Source of the DNA: an uncultured archaeon
GTDB lineage: Archaea > Iainarchaeota > Iainarchaeia > Iainarchaeales > GCA-2688035
Assembly: GCA_964354805.1 (NCBI GenBank)
Contig: CAYHBD010000029.1
Span: 1-53,349, forward strand
DNA: 53,349 bases
Direction of reading: 5' to 3'
How positions within the stretch are numbered: position 1 is the first letter of the stretch; each line of letters begins with the position of its first letter. The notes beneath the pieces are model-generated. The model was not told where the DNA came from and did not search any database. It saw nothing but the letters and a program-made list of their open reading frames with translations. Position numbers and translations under genes: made by a program. Below, one piece after another: positions 27,740 through 37,115 of this stretch.

Positions 27740-28798
27740 TTACTTTTCCAAATATTTTCCGATTCTTTGCAGGCCTTCCTCTATTTTTTCCACATCAAGG
27801 GCATAGCTCAGCCTTATTCTCTGGGCATCGCCAAACCATTCGCCCAAATATGTTATTACTTTGTGCTTTTTGAACAAATCCCAAACAGTTTTCCTCGGGT
27901 TTGGCATTGATGGAAAAACATAAAATGCACCCTCCGGCTTCCACAGCTCAAGGCCTAAATCCAAAAGGCCCTCATAAATAAGGTCTCTTCTCTGCTTCCA
28001 GATTCGCACCTGCTTTTTCACATAGCTTTTCGGCGCCTTTGTCGCCTCAAAAGCCATTTCCTGCCCAATGATGCTTGTGTTCATGCTTGTGTGGGTTTTT
28101 ATTTCAACAACTTTGTCAACAATGCTCTTGTCATTGCTGTACAAGTAGCCCACCCTGAAACCGCACATTGCAAATGTTTTGCTAAAACTGTTAATTGTAA
28201 CAACATGCCTGCCGTGCAGAGCATAGTTCTCCCTTTCGTAAATCAGGTCCTTGTAAACCTCGTCGCTTATTATTATCTTGTCCTCCTCCAGGCAGATTTT
28301 TTCAATCTCCTTCAGGGTTTCGATTTCCTGAATTCTGCCAGTGGGATTGCTCGGGCTGTTAATCAGCACTGCCCTGCAACCAGCAATCTTTTGCTGGAAA
28401 TCACCAATGTCTATTTTGCCTTCAACAGTATCAGTGAAAACAGGCTCAATAAAATTTTTCCTCAAAAGATATGGATAAGAGTAATAGTGCGGCCTGTGCA
28501 ACAAAACCTTATCGCCAGGCTTGCATATTGCCCTAAAGGCAAGGTCCAATGCCTCTGATGCGCCGTTTGTTATAACAAAATTGCTTTCATCGCTGCCACT
28601 GAACTGTTTTGCAAGAGCCTGCCTTAAATTCAGCTGGCCCTGAACCAGGCCATACTTGAACTGCCTGTAGTTAGGCAAAATCTTGAAAACGCTCTCGGGC
28701 GGCGGCAAATCTGGCTGCCCTGACCCAAAAGAAATAAGCCCTTTGCCCTGCAGCCCAATGAAAATGGATGGGTTTCGCAAATTATCTTCCTCTGCCAT
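27740..28798 (-). CDS. Class I/II PLP aminotransferase (AspC-like)
   Basis: GQPD, TNGASEAL, NSPSNPTG, SDEVY and SFSKTFAMCGFRVGY motifs; start MAEED. Confidence 0.92.
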   Translation of the reverse strand: MAEEDNLRNPSIFIGLQGKGLISFGSGQPDLPPPESVFKILPNYRQFKYGLVQGQLNLRQALAKQFSGSDESNFVITNGASEALDLAFRAICKPGDKVLLHRPHYYSYPYLLRKNFIEPVFTDTVEGKIDIGDFQQKIAGCRAVLINSPSNPTGRIQEIETLKEIEKICLEEDKIIISDEVYKDLIYERENYALHGRHVVTINSFSKTFAMCGFRVGYLYSNDKSIVDKVVEIKTHTSMNTSIIGQEMAFEATKAPKSYVKKQVRIWKQRRDLIYEGLLDLGLELWKPEGAFYVFPSMPNPRKTVWDLFKKHKVITYLGEWFGDAQRIRLSYALDVEKIEEGLQRIGKYLEK

Positions 28799-28858
28799 AA
28801 AAATCGCTTTCTTTATTTCACAAAAACCAGTGCAGGCATCTTGCACCCTTTCCAATTA

Positions 28859-29773
28859 TTACTTCACAAAATCAAGCCAGTGCAGGTATTTTTTGTCTTT
28901 GCCTTTAATCACTTCATAGAATTTTGCCTGCAGCTTTTTTGTAACAGGCCCCGGCTTGCCCTCCCCAATCTGCTTTCCATCCACTTCTCGGATTGGAGTG
29001 ATCTCTGCAGCCGTTCCTGTGAGGAAAGCTTCATCGGCAGCATACAATTCCTTTTTCTTGAAAAGCTTTTCCTGCACTTTAATTCCAAAATCCTTTGCTA
29101 TTTGAATTATTGAATACCTTGTAATGCCCCGCAGGGTGTTGTCAGTCGGCGGAGTGATTAGAACCTTGTTTTTCACAATGAACAAATTTTCGCCGCTGCA
29201 TTCTGCAACATTTCCCTTAATGTCCAAAAGAATCGCTTCCTCAAAGCCTGTGTTGATTGCCTCAACCTTTGCAAGAATGCTGTTAACATAATTGCCTGCC
29301 ACCTTTGCATTTGTAGGCATTACATTTGTCGGAGGCCTGATCCAGCTGCTGATTCGCATCCTGATTCCTTTCTCAAGCCCTTCTTTTCCAAGATAAGCGC
29401 CCCATGGCCAGGCAGCAATGCCGAAATCAACTTTTGCTCCAATCGGGTTCAAGCCCATTTGCCCGTATCCATAGAAAGCAATTGGCCTGATGTAGCATTC
29501 TCGCAGCTTGTTTGCCTTAATTGTCTGCAGAACAGCGGAGCAAACCTCTGCCTCAGTGTAAGGAATCTGCATTCCAAAAACATCCGCGCTGTAGAACAAG
29601 CGCTTTATGTGGTCTTTCAACCTGAAAACAGCAGGAGCTTTTCCGGTATCATAGCACCTGATGCCTTCAAATACAGCGCTTCCATAATGCAGGGCATGCG
29701 TTAGGAAATGCACTTTCGCCTTTTCCCATGGCACAAAGGAACCGTTCAACCAGATGAATTTAACCTTTTGCAT
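28859..29773 (-). CDS. ilvE: Branched-chain amino acid aminotransferase
   Basis: HALHYGSAVFEG, AKVAGNY.NS, ECSGENLF, LRGITR and EAFLTGTAAEITP motifs. Confidence 0.96.
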   Translation of the reverse strand: MQKVKFIWLNGSFVPWEKAKVHFLTHALHYGSAVFEGIRCYDTGKAPAVFRLKDHIKRLFYSADVFGMQIPYTEAEVCSAVLQTIKANKLRECYIRPIAFYGYGQMGLNPIGAKVDFGIAAWPWGAYLGKEGLEKGIRMRISSWIRPPTNVMPTNAKVAGNYVNSILAKVEAINTGFEEAILLDIKGNVAECSGENLFIVKNKVLITPPTDNTLRGITRYSIIQIAKDFGIKVQEKLFKKKELYAADEAFLTGTAAEITPIREVDGKQIGEGKPGPVTKKLQAKFYEVIKGKDKKYLHWLDFVK

Positions 29774-30071
29774 TAAAACCACCCCTAAAGTTTCTTCTCC
29801 TGCGCCCTGATACAGGGGAAGGTACTACAACACCTTTGCCATGGCCGTATTTTTTCCCATCTCTTCCTAATCTCATGAGCGCGTTGTGAACTGATTCATT
29901 TGGTTTAAGCCACACTTTTGCCCCAGGCAAAGCAGGGGAAGTATGGGGTAGCGTTGTTGACACTCTATGCCTGACCATTGCCTCTGGAACCCCGCTATGC
30001 GGCATTTGGTGTGATTTTGCATAACTTTTAATGAATCTGGACACAGCAGCCACACCATGCCTTCGCCCCAT
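29760..30071 (-). CDS. Basic hypothetical protein between ogt and ilvE
   Basis: ATG with GAGGTG RBS; Arg/Lys/His-rich; fills the gap. Confidence 0.5.
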   Translation of the reverse strand: MGRRHGVAAVSRFIKSYAKSHQMPHSGVPEAMVRHRVSTTLPHTSPALPGAKVWLKPNESVHNALMRLGRDGKKYGHGKGVVVPSPVSGRRRRNFRGGFNAKG

Positions 30072-30080
30072 TCAAACACC

Positions 30081-30386
30081 TCAAAATTCAAACAATTGCT
30101 TACTAAAGAGAAGGGCTTTATTGTTTTTAATCCTGACGCCCTCTGCTTTGAGCAAGGCAACCTTTCTCTTCACGCCCTTTGCATAGCCGCCAATGCTTCC
30201 ATCACTGCGCACAACCCTGTGGCATGGAACATGCGGCGCATTCGGATTCCTGTTGCACGCGTTTCCAACAGCCCTGCTCGCATTCGGCTTGCCAAGCGCA
30301 ATCGCAATATGCTTGTAGGTTGTTATCTTCCCTTTAGGGATTCTGCACAGCAGTAGCCAAACGCTTTCATCAAATTTTGTCTGCAA
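30081..30386 (-). CDS. ogt: Methylated-DNA--protein-cysteine methyltransferase
   Basis: IPKGKITTY, RAVGNA and VPCHRVV (active-site Cys) motifs. Confidence 0.92.
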   Translation of the reverse strand: MQTKFDESVWLLLCRIPKGKITTYKHIAIALGKPNASRAVGNACNRNPNAPHVPCHRVVRSDGSIGGYAKGVKRKVALLKAEGVRIKNNKALLFSKQLFEF

Positions 30387-30393
30387 TTAGAAT

Positions 30394-30981
30394 TCACTTA
30401 TTATTTTTGTACAAATTATTCTCTTTAATATAGCGCAAAACCCTTTCATCAATAAGGCCTGCAACATTCGCTCCCTTAACAAGCTTGCTCCTCACAGCAG
30501 TGCTGTTCAAATCAACTCTGGGGGCATCCCACAAAACAATGCAGTTGCCTTTCTGCTCTGAAAGCAATTTGCTCTGCATTTTTTGAAAGCCAGGCTCTGG
30601 AACAATCACAACCTTTGCCCCGCGCAGAATCTGCCTTGCATCTTTCCAAGAATCAAACTCCTGAACTAAATCCGATCCAATGACCCAAATATACTCATGC
30701 TCAGGATGCACCTTCTTCGCTTTTTGGATTGTTTCAATAGTGTAAGTAGGGTTTTCATTGAAATCAACCAGGCGCATCTTGCCCTTGCCCTCAATGGCGA
30801 TTTCAATCATCTTCTTCCTGTGCAGAATATCGCTCACTTTTTCCATTGGCTTGAGGGAATGCCAGTAAACAGGAATAAACCAGACTTCGCTGCAATCAGT
30901 GAATTGCAAAACGCTCTGGGCTGCCTTAACATGCCCATTGTGCACAGGGTCGAATGTTCCGCCGAAAAGAGCCACCTTCAT
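30394..30981 (-). CDS. nadD: Nicotinate-nucleotide adenylyltransferase (bacterial-type)
   Basis: GGTFDPVHNGH, YTIET, WVIGSD...SW, NST.VR and V.RYIKENNLY motifs. Confidence 0.9.
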   Translation of the reverse strand: MKVALFGGTFDPVHNGHVKAAQSVLQFTDCSEVWFIPVYWHSLKPMEKVSDILHRKKMIEIAIEGKGKMRLVDFNENPTYTIETIQKAKKVHPEHEYIWVIGSDLVQEFDSWKDARQILRGAKVVIVPEPGFQKMQSKLLSEQKGNCIVLWDAPRVDLNSTAVRSKLVKGANVAGLIDERVLRYIKENNLYKNNK

Positions 30982-31044
30982 TGAAAATCACTTTGCAGTA
31001 AATTCAGTTAACCACTTTCAAAAAATTAACAACTTTCCAAAAAG

Positions 31045-31869
31045 TCACTTTTTAATTTGCAGGCTGAAGTCGCGCCAGCGCGTTGAATAAGTAAGGCAGC
31101 CCATTGAAATAATGTCAGGCTTTGCTTTAACAAACTGGTGCAAATTTTCTAAATTAACTCCGCCGCTCAACTCAATCTTTCCCTTGAAAACAGTTCTCAG
31201 CTTTTTCACAACAGCCGCTGCCTTTTTTGCAGGCAAATTATCCAACATTATTATATTCGGCTTTGCCTTTGCTGCATTCAACGCCTGCTGCAGATTCTCA
31301 ACCTCGATTTCAATCCGCATTTTTTTGCCGTATTTCTTTCTCGCTGCAATAACTGCTTCAAAGGGAGAATCAAAAAAAGGCAGGTGGTTGTCCTTAAGCA
31401 GAACAAAGCTGTTCAGGTTTATTCTATGGCTCCAGACACCTGCAAGCAAAGCAGCTTTTTTGTCAAACAAATTCACGCCAGGCATTGTTTTTCTTGTAAG
31501 CGCAATTGTCACGCCTTTACCAGCAATTCGTTTCGCTGCGCTGCAGGTTGTTGCAACCTCGCTCATCCTGCCCAAAACATTCAAAGCAATTCGCTCTGTT
31601 GAAAGAATCTTTCTGTTAGTGCCATGCAAGCGCAGGATTGTTGCGCCCTTCCTTACGCTGCAGCCATCCCTCACAGGAGCTTTTGCTTTAACGCCCATGT
31701 GGCTGAAAAGGAATTTCGCTTCTTCCAAACCGGCAACAATGCAGGCTTCCTTTGCAAAAATCTTGGCACTGCACTCAGCAGACGGCAGCACAGCGCTTGT
31801 AACATCCCCCTTTCCAATGTCATCGCGCAGGAACTGCAGCAACTTTTTCCGCATTTCAATTGAAAGCAT
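31045..31869 (-). CDS. nadC: Quinolinate phosphoribosyltransferase
   Basis: DIGKGDVTS, TRKTMPG, HR.NL, LKDNH, IEIEV, IMLDN and ELSGGV motifs. Confidence 0.95.
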   Translation of the reverse strand: MLSIEMRKKLLQFLRDDIGKGDVTSAVLPSAECSAKIFAKEACIVAGLEEAKFLFSHMGVKAKAPVRDGCSVRKGATILRLHGTNRKILSTERIALNVLGRMSEVATTCSAAKRIAGKGVTIALTRKTMPGVNLFDKKAALLAGVWSHRINLNSFVLLKDNHLPFFDSPFEAVIAARKKYGKKMRIEIEVENLQQALNAAKAKPNIIMLDNLPAKKAAAVVKKLRTVFKGKIELSGGVNLENLHQFVKAKPDIISMGCLTYSTRWRDFSLQIKK

Positions 31870-32103
31870 AGAAACTATTAGAAAAAGAAAACATTAATTA
31901 AAGCAACCATTGCCCGTTTTTGCCGTTACCTCAAGCAAATACTCAAATCAGCCCATTGGCGCAATTGCGCTTTTCCCCAACAATTTTTTCGCTATTTTCT
32001 CCTGATTTTTATTTTTGGCAACACTGTTATTTTGCTCGTGTCGAGGAAAAGCTTTCCGCCGATTTTCAGCAAACCATACGTTTTTGCTTTTCCCATAACA
32101 AAA

Positions 32104-32319
32104 TCACCTGACACTTTTATTCACCGCCAGATTTTTTCCCAAAACATGCGCCTTAATCAAATGGCATTCATCCGATTCCCTTGCCCAACCATTTCCCTTA
32201 ACCATATCACAAAAGATCAAGCCCTTGGCCCTTGCACAGCACCTGTCCGCAGAATGCGGCTCCGAGAACAATGAACCACACAAAATGCACCTATACCCTG
32301 ATTCACCGTTCAGCCCCAT
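32104..32319 (-). CDS. Small Cys-rich (C2H2-like zinc finger) protein
   Basis: YRCILCGSLF...CC; strong RBS GGAGGTGG. Confidence 0.55.
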   Translation of the reverse strand: MGLNGESGYRCILCGSLFSEPHSADRCCARAKGLIFCDMVKGNGWARESDECHLIKAHVLGKNLAVNKSVR

Positions 32320-32340
32320 TTAACCACCTCCACCACATCA

Positions 32341-32382
32341 ATTATCAATATTGATAATCAATGCCGTTATACAATAACGGCA
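32341..32382. promoter_or_regulatory. Two adjacent palindromes, candidate operators in a divergent promoter
   Basis: ATTATCAATATTGATAAT (perfect 18 bp, 32341-32358) and TGCCGTTAT-aca-ATAACGGCA (32362-32382). Confidence 0.65.
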
Positions 32383-32439
32383 ACCGTTATTTAAATATAT
32401 TGATTGACAATTTGGTAATCTGTTGGGCTTGGGTTTGCG

Positions 32440-32997
32440 ATGCTTGAAAAGGAAACGGAGAAAAAGATATTCGGCTTTATAGCTAATGCAAAAGAGCCTA
32501 TTCACAGCACTGATATAGCCAATGCTTTGGGCATTAACAGGGTTACTGTTGCTAAATACCTGAGTGTGCTGCATTCAAAGGGAATGGTTAATTTCAAGAG
32601 CCTTGGGATGGCAAAGGCCTGGTTTCCTGTTGAGAGCCCTTTGCTGCACGCGTTTGAAATAAATGACGAGCATGACACTACTTTGCATGCGCTCAATTCA
32701 CTGCATGACGGGGTTTCCGTTCTTGACAGGGAAATGCGGATTGTGTGGCTTAACAACGTAATGGAGAAAAGGCACGGCAAGGTGGCGAAGCTGAAGGGCA
32801 GGCTCTGCTTTGATGCTTTCCAAGGGAAAAATGACGTCTGCGAAAACTGCCCCAGCAAGAGGACTTTGGACTCAGGGAAAACAGGCAAATCTTTGATTAA
32901 ATGGAAAGGCATATTGACGGAAATAACCACTTCTCCAATAAAGGACCCAAAAGGAAAAACTGTTGCGGTAATTGAAATTGTCAGGGTCATCAAATAG
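32440..32997 (+). CDS. Winged-HTH plus PAS-domain transcriptional regulator
   Basis: STDIANALGINRVTVAKYLSVL HTH; DGVSVLDREMRIVWLN...C....C..CP...SPIKD..G PAS fold. Confidence 0.88.
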   Translation: MLEKETEKKIFGFIANAKEPIHSTDIANALGINRVTVAKYLSVLHSKGMVNFKSLGMAKAWFPVESPLLHAFEINDEHDTTLHALNSLHDGVSVLDREMRIVWLNNVMEKRHGKVAKLKGRLCFDAFQGKNDVCENCPSKRTLDSGKTGKSLIKWKGILTEITTSPIKDPKGKTVAVIEIVRVIK

Positions 32998-33111
32998 GGA
33001 AAGGCAAGGTTTGAATTGCGAGAATTGCCAAATAGGGAAAGGCAATGGTTGGAATAAGCGATTTTTGCCTTTTGTATATAATTAAAATGATGTTGAAGCA
33101 GGGTGAATGCT

Positions 33112-33867
33112 ATGGGATTGTTTAGGCACGCGGTAAATGCGGCAAAAGAGGCCGACATTGTCCTTGAGATTCTGGACGCGCGGTTTCCTGAGCAAACGCG
33201 CAACATGGACATTGAACGGAAAATACTGCGGAGGAAAAAAACGCTGGTTTTTGTTTTGAACAAAAGCGATTTGGTCGGCACAAAAAAAGCGATGAAAACA
33301 AAAAAAGAACTGTCAAAAACCGCGCCCTGCTTTTTTGTCGCGGCGCAGAAGCGCCTTGGCATAAAGCGCCTGCGAGAGGAATTGCTTGAGATGGCGCGGG
33401 AAAAACAGGTGAAGGTTGCAATCATTGGATACCCAAACACCGGCAAATCCAGCCTGCTCAACGCCCTTGCCGGGCGCAAGGCGGCAAAAACCTCGGCACA
33501 GGCAGGATTCACGAGGGGCGTGCAATTCGTGCGGATTGCGGAAAACGTTTTGTTAATAGACAGCCCTGGAATTATTCCTTTTGAACAGCGAAACGAATTC
33601 GAATTAATGCTTGTTGCGGCAAAAAGCCCAAACCAACTGCGGGACATTGAAGGAGCTGCACTGCAGCTGGTTGAATGGCTGCAAAAACAGGGCACCGGAA
33701 CGCTGAAAAAAGAATTCGGAATTGACGAGCATGAAACAGACACTGAAAAAATCCTGGGGCAGATTGCATTGAAAAGAAAGCGGCTGTCCCACGGCGGAAA
33801 ACCGGACACAAACGCTGCTGCAATGCTGCTGATAAAAGAATGGCAGGAAGGCAAAATAAAAATCTGA
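33112..33867 (+). CDS. Circularly permuted ribosome-biogenesis GTPase (RbgA/YlqF-like)
   Basis: LDAR, NKSD (G4) before GYPNTGKSS (G1), GFTRG and DSPG. Confidence 0.93.
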   Translation: MGLFRHAVNAAKEADIVLEILDARFPEQTRNMDIERKILRRKKTLVFVLNKSDLVGTKKAMKTKKELSKTAPCFFVAAQKRLGIKRLREELLEMAREKQVKVAIIGYPNTGKSSLLNALAGRKAAKTSAQAGFTRGVQFVRIAENVLLIDSPGIIPFEQRNEFELMLVAAKSPNQLRDIEGAALQLVEWLQKQGTGTLKKEFGIDEHETDTEKILGQIALKRKRLSHGGKPDTNAAAMLLIKEWQEGKIKI

Positions 33868-33876
33868 TTTTCGAGA

Positions 33877-34015
33877 GCAAAACGCCCCCCTGCTTCAGCA
33901 GGGGGCGTTGGTTAAACCCAAAAGACAATGCAAGGATACAACGATGCAATTGCAGCCATTCATCACGCCCTTGAAAGAGCATGCGTTTTGGCTGCAGCGT
34001 TGTAAAAGAAAAAGG
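33877..34015 (-). ncRNA. Candidate structured RNA
   Basis: Nested stems TACAACG/CGTTGTA and TGCAGCCA/TGGCTGCA; inner CAUGCUCU/AGGGCGUG pairs fully only on the minus strand; ends in a GC-rich 12-bp hairpin (33881-33909). Confidence 0.4.
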
Positions 34016-34070
34016 CGGCAGCCTCAAGCGGGGTTAGGTTTAAATAACTCAACAGCATTATTCTATTTCT

Positions 34071-34655
34071 ATGATTATTACAATCAGCGGCTTGCCTGGA
34101 AGCGGTAAAAGCACTCTTGCGAAGGATTTGGCAAAAGAGCTGCGGCTGCAGCACTATGGCGCCGGAGATTTGCTGCGCGAAATTGCAAGGGACAAAGGCA
34201 TGACCTTGATGCAGATCCATGAGAAAATGCAGCGCAACAGGGAATTTGATGATTTGCTCGACCAGAGAACTGAAAAACTTGGCAGGGAGAGGGATAATTT
34301 TGTCATTGACGGCAGGGTTGCATGGCACTTCATTCCGAGAAGCATCAAAATCATTGTTACAATTGATTTGCGGACAGCTGCTGAAAGGGTTTTCAAGGAC
34401 ATGAGGCCTGATGAAAAAGAAAACAGCAGCATTGAGGCAACAATGCGGAACATGCGCAGGAGAACTGAAATGAACAGGGTGAGGTACAAAAAACTGTACG
34501 GGATTGATTACATGGACAAGAAGAATTATGACATAATAATTGACACAACAAAAATCGGCATTCAGGAAATGACTGAAAAGGCATTGCAGGAAATAACAAA
34601 GCTGGCGCTAAAAAGGGAAAAAGACAAAAAAAGAGAAATGGCTGAAAAACAGTGA
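34071..34655 (+). CDS. cmk: Cytidylate kinase (archaeal type)
   Basis: ITISGLPGSGKST, AGDLLREIA, VIDGR and RY..LYGID motifs. Confidence 0.93.
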   Translation: MIITISGLPGSGKSTLAKDLAKELRLQHYGAGDLLREIARDKGMTLMQIHEKMQRNREFDDLLDQRTEKLGRERDNFVIDGRVAWHFIPRSIKIIVTIDLRTAAERVFKDMRPDEKENSSIEATMRNMRRRTEMNRVRYKKLYGIDYMDKKNYDIIIDTTKIGIQEMTEKALQEITKLALKREKDKKREMAEKQ

Positions 34656-34777
34656 AGGGAATTAAAAAATTGTACTTGAAAAAAACAGGGGAAGCAGCAA
34701 AGAAAGATTAAAAAAGCTGGTGATCCTGCAAGGGAGAGGGCTCGCAAAAGTCTGCTTGCCGAATTGTGTGGTTTTTT

Positions 34778-35470
34778 ATGGGCGGCACAGGGAAACCATG
34801 GCATGGAAGCAAACGAAACTCTAGGCGATTAATCGGTTTGCAGGTGAAGGAAAGAGGAGCAAAGCTTCTTGCAAGATCTGTTGAGACCAAGCAATTGGTA
34901 AGGGAAAAAAAGGGCCTGTTTTTGAAAACATACGGATTGATTGAGAAAAATTTTGAAGATTTTCGGAATGGTGCAGAGTTCAATGACAAAGAAGGCGGCT
35001 TGCATATCAAAAAAGCCAACACTGGGAGTAGAAAAGGCAGTCACAACCAGATGACTCTAAAAGTGAGCGCGCAGGGCAGGGAGTTTTTCATAAAAATTTT
35101 TGAACTGAAAGACTATTTGAATGTTTTAAAAGGCATAAGGACTGTGGAAGACTATTTGAGGAGAAGGAATTACAAGATAGAAAATGTCACAATCAGGGTT
35201 ATAAAACCGCATCTGCTGTATGAGAACAGGGCAACAGGCAGGGGCTACCTTGTAACAGATTTTTTTAACGAAAGCGAAGTAATTCTTGTCCACGACATGC
35301 CAAAAAAGAGCGAAGAACGCAAAAGAATAATAAACGCCATTGAAGTGCTCAGGAAGCCGCTTGAATACAAACATGATGTAATTGAAATCCAACCATTCAA
35401 CGCGTTCTATTGCCAAAAAACAGACACTGTGCTGCTGTTTGATTTGCAGCACTTTAATGCAAACCAATAA
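34778..35470 (+). CDS. Basic orphan with a protein-kinase-like fold
   Basis: FFIK (beta3 Lys), LVTDF (hinge), EIQPFNAFY (catalytic-loop-like) and LLFDL (DFG-like) occur in kinase order. Confidence 0.55.
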   Translation: MGGTGKPWHGSKRNSRRLIGLQVKERGAKLLARSVETKQLVREKKGLFLKTYGLIEKNFEDFRNGAEFNDKEGGLHIKKANTGSRKGSHNQMTLKVSAQGREFFIKIFELKDYLNVLKGIRTVEDYLRRRNYKIENVTIRVIKPHLLYENRATGRGYLVTDFFNESEVILVHDMPKKSEERKRIINAIEVLRKPLEYKHDVIEIQPFNAFYCQKTDTVLLFDLQHFNANQ

Positions 35471-35565
35471 TACTTGCTTTAAAAAGAAAAAAACTGCCAA
35501 ATGAAAACATTTATAAAAAACAAAGGCATATTCTTATTCAATTAAAAAGGAAAAAGGCGGTTTAA

Positions 35566-36270
35566 TTGGAGAGAGTTAAAACAGGGATAAGCGGCCTGGA
35601 TGAGCTGATTGAGGGGGGCATTCCGAAAGGAAGCGCTGTCCTGGTAAGCGGCGGCACTGGAACATGCAAAACCATTTTCAGCATGCAGTTTGCATACAAC
35701 GGCGCGCTGCTGTACAACGAGCCTGCCTTGTTTGTTTCAATTGAAAACAACCCGAAAAACGTTTCTTGGAATGTGGAAAGCTTTGGATGGGATATCCAAA
35801 AACTGATGGCTGCAAAAAAACTGAGCATTTACAGGCTCCCGATTGGAAGCAAACGCAGCTTTGCCGACCAGCTAAACGACCAGCTTGAAACAATAACAAG
35901 CATGGTAAAGCAATTGAAAGCAACGCGCCTGGTTATTGATTCAACAACAGCTTTGGCTTCGTTGATTGGAGAGCCTGCTGCAGTAAGAAGCCTTTTGTTC
36001 AAATTCACAGACGGCTTAAAAGAACTGGACTGCACAACAATCCTTACTGCCGAAACAAAAAACCTGAAAACAGAGTTCAGCGCATTCGGAGTAGAGGAAT
36101 TCGTTGCAGATGCGGTAATAGCGCTCTACTTCACTCCGCCAAACAGAAGCATCTTCATCAGAAAAATGAGGGGCACAAACCACAGCAAAACAGTTCACCC
36201 ATTTGAAATAACAGGTGAAGGAATTGTTGTAAAGCCAAAAGAGCAGGTGCTCTGGGAAGCGATTAAATAG
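35566..36270 (+). CDS. Single-domain KaiC/RAD55-like ATPase
   Basis: RVKTGISGLDELIEGGIP, GGTGTCKT, RLVIDS and KMRGTNH motifs. Confidence 0.92.
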   Translation: MERVKTGISGLDELIEGGIPKGSAVLVSGGTGTCKTIFSMQFAYNGALLYNEPALFVSIENNPKNVSWNVESFGWDIQKLMAAKKLSIYRLPIGSKRSFADQLNDQLETITSMVKQLKATRLVIDSTTALASLIGEPAAVRSLLFKFTDGLKELDCTTILTAETKNLKTEFSAFGVEEFVADAVIALYFTPPNRSIFIRKMRGTNHSKTVHPFEITGEGIVVKPKEQVLWEAIK

Positions 36271-36291
36271 TAAATGTAACCTAATTATGTT

Positions 36292-36844
36292 ATGCAGAAT
36301 AAAAGAATTGCAAGAAAAAAATTAAATCCTGCTGTAAAAAAGCATCTCGGTGAAGTAGTGGCTTTATTAGACAGACGTGTACAAGCGCCTTTGGGGCCCA
36401 GCACAATTTGCGCTGAAGCAAATCATTTGTACAAATTATATCCTTTCAAATATAAAGGGCTTAATAGCCTTCCCCTTAAAGCCAGGGATGGAATGACACA
36501 TTTTTTAATCGTTAAAGGTGCGCAAAAGGCTGGCTTTTCTGCATCAGAGCTATCCCAGCTTGCAAGGATTATCAATTTGCATAAGCAGGATTATAAAAGT
36601 ATGTTGAGGGAGATGGACAAAATAGGTAAAGAGACTTGGGAAAAATGCTTAAAAAATTGATGCCCTGAGAGACGAAGTGCACCCTAACAGGATAGCGGAC
36701 CCCCACTACTTTGCGGGTCAGTCTTCAGGAGATGAACTGTATCACATAACAAAATTTGGCAGTCAGTACGCACTAAACCTTGTTGATCAAATTAGGGCAG
36801 AAATTGAAAAACATTTTGGGTGGAAGGCAGGATCTGGAAAATAA
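36292..36844 (+). pseudogene. Hypothetical gene split by a +1 frameshift in an A6 run
   Basis: ORF 36292-36660 continues in the +1 frame at 36656-36844 (IDALRDEVHPNRIADPHYF...GWKAGSGK*). Removing one A from ttaaaaaatt fuses them. Confidence 0.55.
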
Positions 36845-36852
36845 CCAGCCTT

Positions 36853-37074
36853 CTACAAAAACAGCATCTTGATTTTTGTTAGTATGGGCACTGGGATTTC
36901 ACTTCTAACCTCTTGGACTTTCTTTAATGTGCTGTCATAGGCCTTTTCGTCAAAATATGTTTCACCGCATTTTTCACATTTTAGCGCAGCTATGTCTTCC
37001 ACTACAATGTTGCCGTAGAATATCTTGTTTGTATTTATTCTTTCCAATTTTGCAAGGCATTTCGGGCAATTCAT
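36853..37074 (-). CDS. YgiT-type zinc finger protein
   Basis: MNCPKC...IVVEDIAALKCEKCGETYF. Confidence 0.85.
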   Translation of the reverse strand: MNCPKCLAKLERINTNKIFYGNIVVEDIAALKCEKCGETYFDEKAYDSTLKKVQEVRSEIPVPILTKIKMLFL

Positions 37075-37115
37075 TTAACCAACCCTAAAAGTAAAAAAAG
37101 AAAATTACAACAATT

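Noticed and set aside
28799-28855. N-terminal extension MERVQDACTGFCEIK of the aminotransferase
   Set aside because: It is the decayed echo of the ilvE 3' end read in another frame; the real start is probably MAEED at 28798.
32502-33854. 450-aa minus-strand ORF
   Set aside because: Antisense to the HTH-PAS and GTPase genes; Ser/Phe-rich shadow composition with no motifs.
35566-36270. Circadian KaiC, or an inactive ATPase because of the GGTGTCKT Walker A
   Set aside because: Single-domain KaiC-like proteins are common in archaea, there is no kaiA or kaiB, and the catalytic Lys-Thr is intact.
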